A DNA stretch of 64,000 nucleotides from assembly GCA_030390025.1 (NCBI GenBank), contig CM059433.1, forward strand, positions 18,230,001-18,294,000. The letters are read 5' to 3'. The stretch comes from Squalus acanthias. Taxonomy: Eukaryota. Each line of letters starts with the position of its first letter. Position 1 is the stretch's first letter. The notes under the pieces were generated by a model. The model did not search any database, was not told the origin of the DNA, and was given only the letters and a program-made list of their open reading frames with translations. The position numbers and the translations under genes are program-made. Below, one piece after another: positions 52,551 through 64,000 of this stretch.

Positions 52551-52755
52551 CCATGATGCGGAGATGCCGGTGTTGGACTGGGGTGGGCAAAAGTGAGAAG
52601 TCGCACAACACCAGGTTATAGTCCAACAGCTTTATTTGAAATCACAAGCTTTCCGAGCGCTGCTCCTTCATCACCTGACGAAGGAGCAGCACTCCGAAAG
52701 CTTGTGATTTCAAATAAAGCTGTTGGACTATAACCTGGTGTTGTGCGACTTCTCA
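52551..52755. mobile_element. Penelope family 1 pLTR fold-back mini-insertion within an L2 3' end
   Basis: Same tail and pLTR; inverted arms; TSD CTTTATATAAGG (52539-52550, 52756-52767). Confidence 0.9.
52670..52708 (+). ncRNA. Minimal hammerhead ribozyme
   Basis: ATCAC-CTGACGA-A-GGAG-cagca-CTCC-GAAA-GCTT-GTGAT. Confidence 0.72.
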
Positions 52756-52975
52756 CTTTATATAAGGAGCACTGTACAAACCGAAGTTGTTGACTTCCTT
52801 TGCTGTACGTTCTAGTCTATCCTTTCCCAATGTAAACTGTACCAGTCAGGGTTGTTTGGGATTTGCTTTCAGTTCTTCGAAACAACTGCATGTGCACAAA
52901 CCTGAACACGATTGTACTGGCTGCTGTTGAAAGCAACCACAACAGAACCGGACTAGTTTCGACAGCATCCAGGAG

Positions 52976-53051
52976 TCAAAGCCTTTACTACAGAACTCAT
53001 TCAAAGCCTTTACTACCGAACCCATTCAAAGCCTTTACTGCAGAGCTCATT
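52976..53051 (+). repeat. Three tandem copies of a 25-bp unit
   Basis: TCAAAGCCTTTACTACAGAACTCAT x3 with variants. Confidence 0.85.
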
Positions 53052-54780
53052 CCTGACTTCAGGGTTGTTGGGGATTTGCTTTCAGTTCTTCCCTTCTTTT
53101 GTTTTTCCTCCTCTATCATTCGTGCATATATTATGGAAAAGGTAGTGCCATCACGCAGCAGGGATTTTGAAGGAAAACACGGTATGATCATAGTTTTCTC
53201 TCATTATAACTCCCTGTCACACTGACTATACTGGTTCTGATCTTAATGGGAAAAAAATCAGCACTAATTTATGGAATTGCAGAGTTTTGTGTTCTTGTGT
53301 GTATTCATTGATGTGAACGAACTGGTCTGGTATCTTTTGAGCTAAAAAGAAAAGAATTCAGGAAAACTGAAAGGAAAAATGGAAATGCTGGAAATGTGCA
53401 TCAGGCCAGTCGGCACCTGAGAAATGGATATGTTCTGTGCTGACGGAGCTCTGTGTGTATATCCAGTGTTTGCAGCATGTGTGTGGAAAAAGGGAGGATT
53501 TTGTGCATTTGTTTGGGGCAGGGAGATGAAGAGGGACGACTTATTTTAAACATATCATTGATGTAAGCAGAATTGAAATTAAATTCTACTTGCTAACAAA
53601 ATAGATTGGGAGGTTACTTTTGGGAGTAGAAAAGAGAGGATTTTTTGAAAGGGTCTCTGTCAGATGAAATTCAGTGTGAATAAGCGCCAAATCTTGCACT
53701 TTAAGAGGAATAGTGTTAAACTAGCAAGGAGAGAGGCTGAGCAAGATCTGTGTGTGAAAGTGGATTCTGCAGGTACTCTGTCCAGTCTTTGCAGAGAAGC
53801 AATTAACAAAGAAAATGGAATGTGGGCTGAACGGTTCATATCCCTTCACAGATCTGTTAGCCAGAAGTCTTGCGGAGGAGTTGAGTTTTTCTTCCTATAT
53901 TCAACGATATAAATCACTGCTTCGGGATGTGGAGGTTTTCTTTTTACTGCTGAGCTTTTTGATTTGTTTGTGAAAAGATGAATTAAGGTTAGTGTCTTGG
54001 CTTTTCAGTGATGGATCAGGTTTGTTTTTAACATTTCTACATCTTGTATGTGCAATGTAATGCATTATTTTTCAAAATTTGTGGATGTTTACGCCAATGA
54101 AAATTAAGGATGAAAAGCCACAATTTTTCATATATGGTGTAATGTTGCATCACTGTTGCTTGGCGGTGGGGGGAAGGGGGTTGAGATTGAACAGAAGGCA
54201 TTTGTGCTAAATAATTGATGCTAATTAACTAAGATCATCCCCTCCTGGCCCTCATTGTAGTTCAAACTGCTTCTTGGTGAGAGATTCCAATACACTTCAA
54301 AGGTGGATGAGGCACTGATGCGTCTGACGTAATCTCTTGTTTTGAGGCTTTCTAACTGATCCAGAAGGTTCCCGAGGTACTTCACTTTTCTTGACCTCTG
54401 CCGTGAACAAGTTCTGTATCCGTTCCAAAGACCATTAATCCACCTGTAAAACCAAAACAAAACATGCTCTTCGAATGGACAAAAACAGTGTGAATTTTTA
54501 AATTCTTTTAATGGCACATTTGTACTTCTAGTAACATGCATTTCTAGCATTTCCAATGAGTTCTGCAGTAAAGGCTTTGACTCCTGGATGCTGTCGAAAC
54601 TAGTCTGGTTATGTTGTGGTTGCTTTTAACAGCAGCCAGTACAATTGTGTTCCGGTTTGTGCACATGCAGTTGTTTCAAAATCTCGATTCGCATCTATGT
54701 AACTGGAAACACCACCTTCTCCAGGTCTGCTCCACTGGAGATGGCTGTGTAGGCCAGTGAGTGTAAAACCACTAGGGACT

Positions 54781-55565
54781 TGTAGCTTTTAAAAGCTCTT
54801 TAGAATAATTTGTCCGTGACTACACAAACCACTCTGGGTACAGGTATATTGTGTATAAGTAAAACAGGTTATTAAGCATTAAACATACAGTGCAAAGAAA
54901 TAATACTTAAGATAGTTGCAGTCTGTTCATTGAACCCCGGCGTTCCTTCCGAGTGACTGTGGCGCGGTCTCTTTATTCTCTCGCTGTGTTCTGTTGACTG
55001 AAGTTTCTCATCCTCTGGTTTCGCGCTGCTTTCAGTGCTCAGTAGCTGTTCCTTTATACCTTTTTTACCCCTTCAAAATACATAGCCCAAGCAGCTGCAA
55101 GTTGCTATCTCACCATTCTGACCTTCACAAATACGGTCTATGATTCCCTCCCCTTTTCTTGTCTATCATCTTATGACCTCGTTAGTTCCGCTAAGCCTAT
55201 TTCTGTGCCTAACAAAATACCCTTATCTAAGAACTTCACTTTACAGAACATCCTTGAGGTGTTTTCTAAACAGTTTGTCTATTCTGTTTCTAAAATGAAG
55301 GCTCCAACTCCTATCTCTCTTCCATAACATTACCCAACTCCATGTCCGTATTTACTTAGCACTGCATTCCATTACTTCAGTAATTTAAAACAGAGGTTTT
55401 TAGTCAGGTTGGCATAATTTTCCCATCCTGCTTTGGTCTCAGCCATTCGCCATTTTATACAGGCTTTTTAGGTTATTAACATACAATTTCACATATTATA
55501 GTTATACGAAAATGGTTATAGAATCTTAATGTTTACTAAATCCTACAGGTACACTCTATCCTACA
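54781..55565. mobile_element. Candidate solo LTR
   Basis: TGTAG...CTACA ends with GACT / GATT flanks; non-coding. Confidence 0.4.
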
Positions 55566-55639
55566 GATTTGTATGTGCGGGCTAAGCCACTTAACTTGTC
55601 AGCAGTCAAAAAACACAACTGCCTTCGACAGCAAGTGAA

Positions 55640-56010
55640 GTGCCCAGGGTAAGGTGCCCTGTTCTATTTCTGACCTACATAAATGACCTGGATTCAGAAA
55701 TGCTTTGTAAGCTGGTCAAATTCGCAGATGATGCTAAAACCAGGGGGCAGAAGAGGCCGATGAAGCAGTTGAACAATTACATAAGGACGTCGACAATATG
55801 GGCAGATCTACGTCAGATGAAATTCAGTGTGAATGAGTGCAAAGTCTTGCACATTAGGGGGAAAAATAGCGTTAAACTAGGTAGGGGAGAGGCTGAGAGA
55901 GATCTAGATGTGAAAGTGGATTCTACAGGTATTCTGTACAGTCATTGCAGAGAAGCAATTAACAAAGAAAATGGACTGCTGAACTATATTGTCAAATCAG
56001 TAAGGTTTTC
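55640..56010 (+). mobile_element. Old CR1 RT fragment (partly duplicated at 53659-53819)
   Basis: PVLFLTYINDLD...KFADD...QMKFSVNECKVLH. Confidence 0.8.
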
Positions 56011-56585
56011 ACATCACAAAAAGTCAGTATTTCCATCCATGTCCAAACCTGGATCCCTTGCCTCAGGGCTCACACACACCAATTTGGCCAGTCTCAACAC
56101 GTACTTGTTTATTATGGTGAAAATAAAAAAGCATCAATGGATGGCTGAGTGTATCTCACACTGTTTACTCTCTTAGAACCCCAGGGAGTGGCTCAAGCAC
56201 ACTCCATCCATGACATGGCTGTTTCTGGGACATCTTTTAACCCGGTTCTAATTATTAGTATATGCAAAGCTGCTACACGGAGCAGTTCTCGTACATTTAA
56301 ATACTACTGTGTAGATTTAACTACGGCACATGACAACGCCTTTGGAAGATCGGTGTTGGCATTTGGTGTTACAGCTCCTGTGGAGGGGTCTCTACTTTCC
56401 CATAAATTTGCTCCACTTTGGGAGTGTTCCGATGGAATTTGGATGTTCCAGGTCTCAAGAAAAATGATTACCTATCTGGTAGATCTGTCTTCATTCTTCA
56501 ACTGATGGGCACTGTCCGCAAACCAAAATCCCAACCAACCATTCCCCTCACCCCAGGTAAGGGAACGATACTGACTAACTAGATT

Positions 56586-56749
56586 CGAACTCCCTCCCTA
56601 ACAGCACTGTGGTGGGAGTACCTTCACCACAGAGTGCAGCGGTTCAAGAAGTGGCTCACCACCACCTTCTCAAGGGCAACTAGGGATGGGTAATAAATGC
56701 TAGCCTTGCCAGCGTCACCCACATCCCCATGAACGCATTAAAAAAAAAA
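56586..56749 (+). mobile_element. MEYSPLAW-family LINE 3' end
   Basis: Matches about 50760-50920. Confidence 0.8.
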
Positions 56750-57344
56750 CTCTTAACATGGAGGGGTTCTTGGGAGGTTTTGTAGATAAATTAATTCGCA
56801 TACAATATGAAAGGTTTGCCATTCAAAAAACTAGAGGTGAAATCACAGAGTGCAATATTGGTGTACACATGTTTGAGTTAATAGAAAATTCTCTTGTCCA
56901 ATATTTTGATGAAGTGTTAACCTGCTTATTTTAAAATGGGGTTGTGCCTCAGTTGAAGTAGTAAAGAAAAGAATTTCATACAAATGTGATAAGTGCTTAA
57001 ACGTTAATATCACACAGCTTGACTTCACCTTAATTTATTTTTTGATATCTGATATCTCCCTCTAGATAACCTATTGTATTAATCCTCCTAAACAGTGAAC
57101 CTTCCCAAATGCTAAGTGTTAGTCCAGTGAGTGCCCCATTATTGCACTTAAAATAGAATAATTTCGCAATGAGTGATCAAAAGATATCATTTTTAATGTA
57201 CAAGAATTACAATGACTTGAATATACAGTAGTGGTAATATTTGTCACCTTCAGTTTTAAGTTGAATTGCAGATAAAACTCCCTCCATTGTAAATCTCTCA
57301 AGTTTGCATTATCCCAATAGTTCATAGTATGTATTCCAAATAAA

Positions 57345-57528
57345 GAACGAACATAAGAAATAGGAGCAGGAGCAGGCCATTCGTCCCCCCCGAGCCCACT
57401 CCGCCATTCAACGACACCATGACTGATCCGATTTTGGCCTCAACTCCACTTTCCTGCCCGCTCCCCATAACCCTTGACTCCCCTGTTGCTCAAAAATCTG
57501 TCTATCTCAGCCTTGAATATATTCAATG
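57345..57528 (-). mobile_element. CR1 3' end
   Basis: LNIFKAEIDRFL...GYGERAGKW. Confidence 0.85.
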
Positions 57529-58737
57529 TTGCGGTTTCCCAATCCGCAGGGACTTTTCCAGAGTCAAGGGAATTTTGGAAGATTACAACCAATGCGAGCA
57601 CAATAGTGGAGTTAAGGAAATGAAAAGACAGCAAGTCTGTTGGGGAAATAAGGTACTTGTATAGAATGGTCATTTTCCTGAATGTGGTCTTGTATTTTGG
57701 GTAATACACTGGATAGATGAGCTTACTGTTTCCCAACTTGTTTTATTTGGCATTCCCATTGGGAAGGTTTTTTTTTTAATACGTCCTTAATATTAAGTCA
57801 GCATCTGCATATGTGCCGATCAGTCTTGTTAAACTGATTGTAGTTAATTGGGTTGTTACTTTAAAAACAAGTCCTTGAACTTTGACGTGCTGTTAAGAGA
57901 ATGGATGAGGTACAGACCTCTGATAAATATATAAATGTGCCCTTAGCGCACTTCTTGACAGCAGCAGTAGGCTCACGCTATGTAGACAATTCATCAGTAT
58001 ACGCAAGCAGCTGATCACAGGAATGTCGGGGCTTTGGACAACATGGGGAAGGGATTTAAGTGTTCACCCTCTGACCTGTCGAGCCTCACTGACTTCCAGT
58101 GATATTTAATGTGATTCCTTAACACATTCTTTCGATTAGTCTGTTTATGTAAAAAAAGAAAATCAGGTGGTGGTTATTTTTCTCAAGAATCTCATGGATT
58201 CTAATGATCTGATCTTAACCATACTGATAACTTTTAGAGCAGTGCATCAAAAGCCTCAAGATTTACAAATACATCTGTTTAATTGTAGTGTGCGTTTAGA
58301 TCCTTCCTAGATTGTACAGATTGGTACATAAAAGGATGATAAAAATTAGAGATACAGTTGGAGATCTGGGTACCCTCTCCATTATGGAAGTACTCCAAAC
58401 TTAAAAAGAGATCACAGGGTCCTTGGGAAATATAGTCATAGTGGGCAAGTCATTACTTGTGGATCCTACGTTATGATGCTGGGTAACTTGGAGAAAATGG
58501 AAAATCTTCCTGAGCCCATACAGTGGATTCTACTATTGTTAGTCCAGAGCATCATTTCAAGGCTTTACATTGATGGCAATCCTAACCTTTTTAGTGGAAT
58601 TGATTTCACCCTCACGCTCTGAGGGTGATCAGTTGTGACAAAATACTACTGGGGACTGACTGCTGTTTCTGTATTTTTGACTAATTGATGATTGTTAGAT
58701 CCTGAGTCACACTCTTCAAAAAAATATAAGAGAAAAG

Positions 58738-58990
58738 AATAAGAGCAGGCCATTTGGCCCATCAAGTCCAATTCTGCCAACAGAACACATGCCATTCCCT
58801 ATTGCAGATTTTCCCCACGTTAAATCTCCTGAGGAGGTTGAATAACCCATCGGTAGAAGTTCTAACTTCTTTGCTGTGCAGTGTGCACGGCATGATTCTT
58901 TCCTCTGATCCAAAAGCGATGAACTTGCGTGACACTCTTGAGTCACAACCACTTTATAGTTCTTCTGAAATTGTTTGTTGTATTTAATTT
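58738..58990 (-). mobile_element. Old CR1 3' end
   Basis: GGCCATTTGGCCC...; degraded reverse CR1 3' sequence. Confidence 0.55.
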
Positions 58991-59139
58991 CTTGAGAATT
59001 CATAAAATCCGTAAAACAGGTTGATAGAGAAAGCAGGATGGTCACAAATCATTCATGATTGTTTCCCCCCACCCTGTTTTGACACTGCTGTGCTATACGA
59101 ATCCCTATTTCCCGGCCAGTGGATGGTGATCTGATGCCA

Positions 59140-59686
59140 TTCTTCTTCTTAGGTAGTCCCTCGGAACCGAGGATGACTTGCTTCCACACTAAAAATGAGT
59201 TCGCAGGTGACTGATGAGTCCAATGCGGGACCTACAGTCTGTCACAGGTGGGGCAGACAGTGGTTGAAGGGGCGGGTGGGTGGGGTGCTTGGGTTGACAT
59301 GCGCTCCTTCCGCTGTTTGCGCTTGGCTTCCGCTTGCTCCCGGCGAAGAGACTCGAGGTATTTGGTGCCTTCCCGGATGCTTCTCCTCCACTTTGTGCGG
59401 TCTTGGGTCAGGGATTCCCAGGTGTCGGTGGGGATGTTGCACTTTTTCAAGGAGGCTTTGAGGGTGTCCTTGAAGCGTTTCCTCTGCCCACCTGGGCTCT
59501 CTCGCCGCGTCGGAGCTCCGAGTAGAGCACTTGTTTTGGGAGTCTCGTATTGGGCATGTGGACGATCTGGCTGATCGGAGCTGATCGAGCGTGGTCAAAG
59601 CTTCGACGCTGGGGGTGTTGGCCTGAGAGAGAACACTGACGTTGGTGCGCTTATCCTGCCAATGGATTTGCAGGATCTTGCGGTGC
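59140..59686 (-). mobile_element. RTE-clade LINE 3' fragment
   Basis: RKILQIHWQDKRTNVSVL, KCNIPTDTWESL..DRTKWR, CPTCDR; (GAA)n tail. Confidence 0.85.
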
Positions 59687-61399
59687 ATGTTGATGTGCTC
59701 CATAACCGATTACTAGGAGAAGGCCAATAGCAGTAGTTGTTTAAAGTGACTTTTCGTTTCATTGTTCCCTTTTGTCGATCTACCTCACCTCTGCTTGTCA
59801 TCTCCTGCGATAACATAAAGATCTATAACTTCTATGAAGAATTGTGCAAATAAATCTGTCTCCCAACACTTAGTGCAGCATATTGGTACTGGCACATAGG
59901 TCAAACCTTCTTTTATTTTATGGTAATGGCCAAACTCACTTGCTCTCATAAATAATTGTTCAACCACACTGCACTTTTTACAAAAACTATACAGCAATGT
60001 GGAGCTGGTGAAATTAATATTACTTTGCATCATACCAGATGGTGTCTATGCTAACTCAATTTTCATGACATTTGGTTATGTTTTATAAGTGATTTTCACA
60101 ACATTCATTATCGATGCTCTTGACTGAAAGAGGGAAAAAGCATCAAGAGAATTGTTGTTTTAAATACCACTTTTTCAGCGGTAACTAATGAGTATACATT
60201 TATGCATTTTCCAGTACTTGTGCAGTAGATCCATTTAATTGCTTACCTCTGTCTATTGTATTTTAACTCTGACGTACTGCTTGATGCAATTTTGAAGTTA
60301 CATTTAAATAGCCTTTTTAATATAGAAACAATCTCCCAATGCGCCTCACCAATGAGCAGATCAGACTTCAAGCAAGAGTCAGGGGAATGTTCGGGAAGGT
60401 GGTTTAAAAAAAAAAAGTAGGTTTTGAATGATTTTGAAGGTGGAGGGAGACGGACCAAGGCAGATGGGATCGGGAAGGGAATTCTGTAGGGCAAGACCAT
60501 GATGGCTGAAATACACAGATTAAATAAGACGCAAATAAATGTTGAGATAGGGGAAGGTGTTTGCTTTGGATGGATCATTTGTGAATCCGTGGTTATAAAA
60601 TCATGTAAACGTGGCACTTAAATGCAGCATGAGAGCAGCTTTTGGCTCGGATTTCACTGAAGATCTGGAAATGAGTCATTTTCTTCACTCGTGCCAGATT
60701 TATAATCTGCATTCAATATTTATCTAGTTATAGATGCAGATGGTTTATAGTCTGACTTGGCTGAGACTACTGTTATATGATTGCAGTATGGTACCATTAA
60801 AATATTTGATTAAGAATTCGTGTAGTACAGTGATATTTGCAGGTTAATTATTTAGATTTTACCCATACTGATTAAATGTAATTCTTGTGGTTTCATTTTT
60901 AAAATGTTATATATGATCCAGCACCACGTGACACTCATGGCTGAGTGTAGGTGAGCTGCTCCTTGACTTTCATCAGTGCTGCTTTTAATTGGCTAATTGT
61001 TTCACAAGCATCATCCTGGATAACTCTTGCCTTCTGTGGTGAAGTGCCTGTCCTCTGCAGAATACTTGCCCTGCATCAATGCACCTCAGGATAAGAAATC
61101 TGCCATTGTTGGGCATTCCAATTAAAACCGAGTCTCCGCCCATTCCATCGTGCAGCACGTGCTTCCGCACCAGAGCTCATACTTGACTAAGCAAAGCTGT
61201 GGAGGAGAGAAATGTTTTGTTATCTGAAAAATCAGTCAGTGTTTCCCCACTCCTGATCACCATCCAGTGACCCTCTGGAGTGTACATGTGTGTGGATATC
61301 CAGTATGGGCAGCGTCAGGCTAAGCTATAACGCCCCATTATTGAAAGTCTGCTGATATTCATTGTCTTGCACACGAAGAGTGGCTGGCAAAGAACATGA

Positions 61400-62720
61400 G
61401 CTTTCGCTATTTACCCTCTTAAGACATTTCATAATTTTCAAAACTTCAGCTAGATTCCACCCCCACCCCCACCTTGTTACAATTAAAAACCGCCCTAATT
61501 TTTTGATCCTTGATAACTATAACCTAGTTGCTGATATAGATTTAATGAATCTTTGCAGTATCCTTTCCGAGGCTCTAATGTTGCTCCTATGGTGGGGTGT
61601 CCAACACTGTACACAGTACTCTAACCAATGGCTTGCACAAATTCAACATCTCTTCCTTGCTTCTCCCCACATATGTAAAACCGAGAATACCATTTGCCTT
61701 TCTTTAGCCTTTTCTACCTGCACTGTGACCTTGAACAATTTATACACCTGCATGGCATGGTCTCTCTTTCCTCTATTCTGTTCAGAATGGTTCCATTTAG
61801 TGTATGCCTCCTATCATTGTTCTGTTTTTCCCCCAAAATGTACCATTTCACATTCTTTGCATTGAACTCTATCGGCCAATGCCACTAACCTATCTCTGCT
61901 CCTCTCTTGCATTATTCCTCAGAGTCCCTGTTCCTTAATTTGGTATCGGCAAACTGCAATGCCATTCATCTTGTACTTGTGTCCAAATCGTTTATGCAAT
62001 TGAAAACTACAAAAGCTCCCAGCACACATCCCTGGAGCATGCCGACATCCAATCCTGTCATTTGAAAACCATCCAATTAACTTTTGCTTTCTATCCCCCA
62101 GCCATCCTGCGATCCATGCAGCTGTACTCCCTTTCATACCATGTACTCCCTTTCATACCATGTACTCCCTTTCATACCATGTACTCCCTTTCATACCATG
62201 TACTCCCTTTCATACCATGTACTCCCTTTCATACCATGTACTCCCTTTCATACCATGTACTCCCTTTCATACCATGTACTCCCTTTCATACCATGTACTC
62301 CCTTTCATACCATGTACTCCCTTTCATACCATGTACTCCCTTTCATACCATGTACTCCCTTTCATACCATGTACTCCCTTTCATACCATGTACTCCCTTT
62401 CATACCATGTACTCCCTTTCATACCATGTACTCCCTTTCATACCATGTACCTTAATGTTCATGAAAAGTCTCTTGTGTGGCACTTTACTAAATGCCTTCT
62501 GAAAATCCATCTGCACAACATTCAGTGCATCTATGCATGATGATTTCCTCAAAAAGTTTTATTAGTTAAGCACTTTGCAAATCAATGCTATTACTGATTA
62601 GCGCCTGGCTTTAATACACCATTTTCATCCTGTACAATGGACTGTAAAAGTTTATCCGCAACTCTGGCAAGACCAACTGGTCTATAAATTCCTGGCTAAT
62701 CTTTCCCCCTTGCTTAAGCA
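61400..62720 (-). mobile_element. Old CR1 containing a minisatellite
   Basis: Degraded reverse CR1 RT, e.g. plus-strand LLCGTLLNAF antisense to KAFSKVPH. Confidence 0.7.
62123..62450 (+). repeat. Perfect 19-bp minisatellite, about 17 copies
   Basis: Unit TGTACTCCCTTTCATACCA. Confidence 0.97.
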
Positions 62721-62725
62721 TCGTT

Positions 62726-64000
62726 TAATTTTTTTAATTCGTTCATGGGATGTGGGCGTCGCTGGCAAGGCCAGCATTTATTGCCCATGCCTAGTTGCCC
62801 TTGAGAAGGTGGTGGTGAGCCGCCGCCTTGAACCGCTGCAGTCCGTTTTGTGAAGGTACTCCCATAGTGCTGTTAGGGAGGCAGTTCCAGGATTTTGACC
62901 CAGCGACGATGAAGGATCGGCGATATACTTCCAAGTCAGGATGGTGTGTGACTTGGAGAGAAACTTGGAGGTGGTGGTGTTCCTGCTGCCCTTGTCTTTC
63001 TAGGTGGTAGAGGTCACGGGTTTGGGAGGTGCTGCTGAAGAAGTCTTGGCGAGTTGCTGCAGTGCATCTTGTAGATGATACAAACTGCAGCCACGGTGCG
63101 CCGGTGGTGGAGGGAGTAAATGTTTAAGGTGGTGGATGGGTTGCCAATCAAGCGGGCTGCTTTGTCCTGGATGGTGTCGAGCTTCTTGAGTGTTGTTGGA
63201 GCTGCACTCATCCAGGCAAGTGGAGAGTTTTCCATCACACTCCTGACTTGTGCCTTGTAGATGGTGGAAAGGCTTTGGGGAGTCAGGAGGTGAGACACTC
63301 GCCGCAGAATACCCAGCCTCTGACCTGCTCTTGTTGCCACAGTATTTATGTGGCTGGTCCAGTTAAGTTTCTGGTCAGTGGTGACCCCCAGGATATTAAT
63401 GGTGGGGGATTTGGTGATGGTAATGCTGTTGAATGTCGGGGGGTGGTAGTTAGACTATCGTTTGTTGGAGATAGTCATTGTCTGGCACTTGTGTGGTGCA
63501 AATGTTATCTGCCACTTGTCAGCCCAAGCCTGAATGTCGTCCAAGTCTTGCTGCATGCGGGCATGGACTGCTTCATTATCTAAGGAGTTGCGAATGGCAC
63601 TGAACACTGTGCAGTCATCAGCGAACATCCCCACTTCTGACCTTATGATGAGGGAAGGTCATTGATGAAGCAGCTGAAGATGGTTGGGCCTAGGACACTG
63701 CCCTGAGAAACTCCTGCAGCGATGTCCTGGGGCTGTGATGATTGACCTCCAACCACCACAACCATCTTCCTTTGTGCTAGGTATGACTCCAGCCAGTGGA
63801 GAGAGTTCCCCTTGATGCCCATTGACTTCAGTTTTACTAGGGCTCCGTGATGCCACACTCGGTCAAATGCTGTCTTGATGTCAAGGGCAGTCGCTCTCAT
63901 CTCACCTCTGGAATTCAGCTCTTTTGTCCATGTTTGGACCAAGGCTGTAATGAGGTCTGGAGCCGAGTGGTCCTGGCAGAACCCAAACTCGGCATCAGTG
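62726..64000 (-). mobile_element. CR1/L2-group LINE ('MEYSPLAW' family), runs off the window
   Basis: LDIKTAFDRVWH...QGSVLGPTIFSCFINDLP; 3' end at about 62726. Confidence 0.9.

Noticed and set aside
54575..54612. Hammerhead-like GTCGAAACTAGTC
   Set aside because: No CUGANGA core and no stem I pairing upstream.
62062..62540. Repetitive ORFs and a CRISPR-like array
   Set aside because: Head-to-tail 19-mer with no spacers, in eukaryotic DNA.

Overview
Repeat-dense eukaryotic genomic DNA. The repeat repertoire (CR1 LINEs, Deu-domain tRNA-SINEs resembling SacSINE1, Penelope-like elements, RTE) points to a cartilaginous fish; this is an inference. The window is probably mostly intronic. No complete host gene is visible. 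The only credible host-gene piece is a small candidate start-codon exon at 20434-20539 encoding MDPDEFPPPPPE. Nearly all long ORFs are fragments of CR1, L2-group, Penelope or RTE retroelements, or by-products of minisatellites. Highlights: (1) three fold-back insertions of one Penelope-like family, each with 12-15 bp TSDs and minimal type I hammerhead ribozymes whose stems covary, plus a second Penelope family with its own hammerhead; (2) two near-identical CR1 internal fragments lacking the 3' end, inverted relative to each other and inserted without TSDs into other LINEs; (3) a 2.4 kb hAT-type element with an 8-bp TSD carrying a G-rich 31-bp minisatellite; (4) several GG-ended MITE families, some with AAT target duplications; (5) a decayed DIRS tyrosine-recombinase element; (6) a locally rearranged block at 52.8-56 kb. 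All calls were made by eye without searches.
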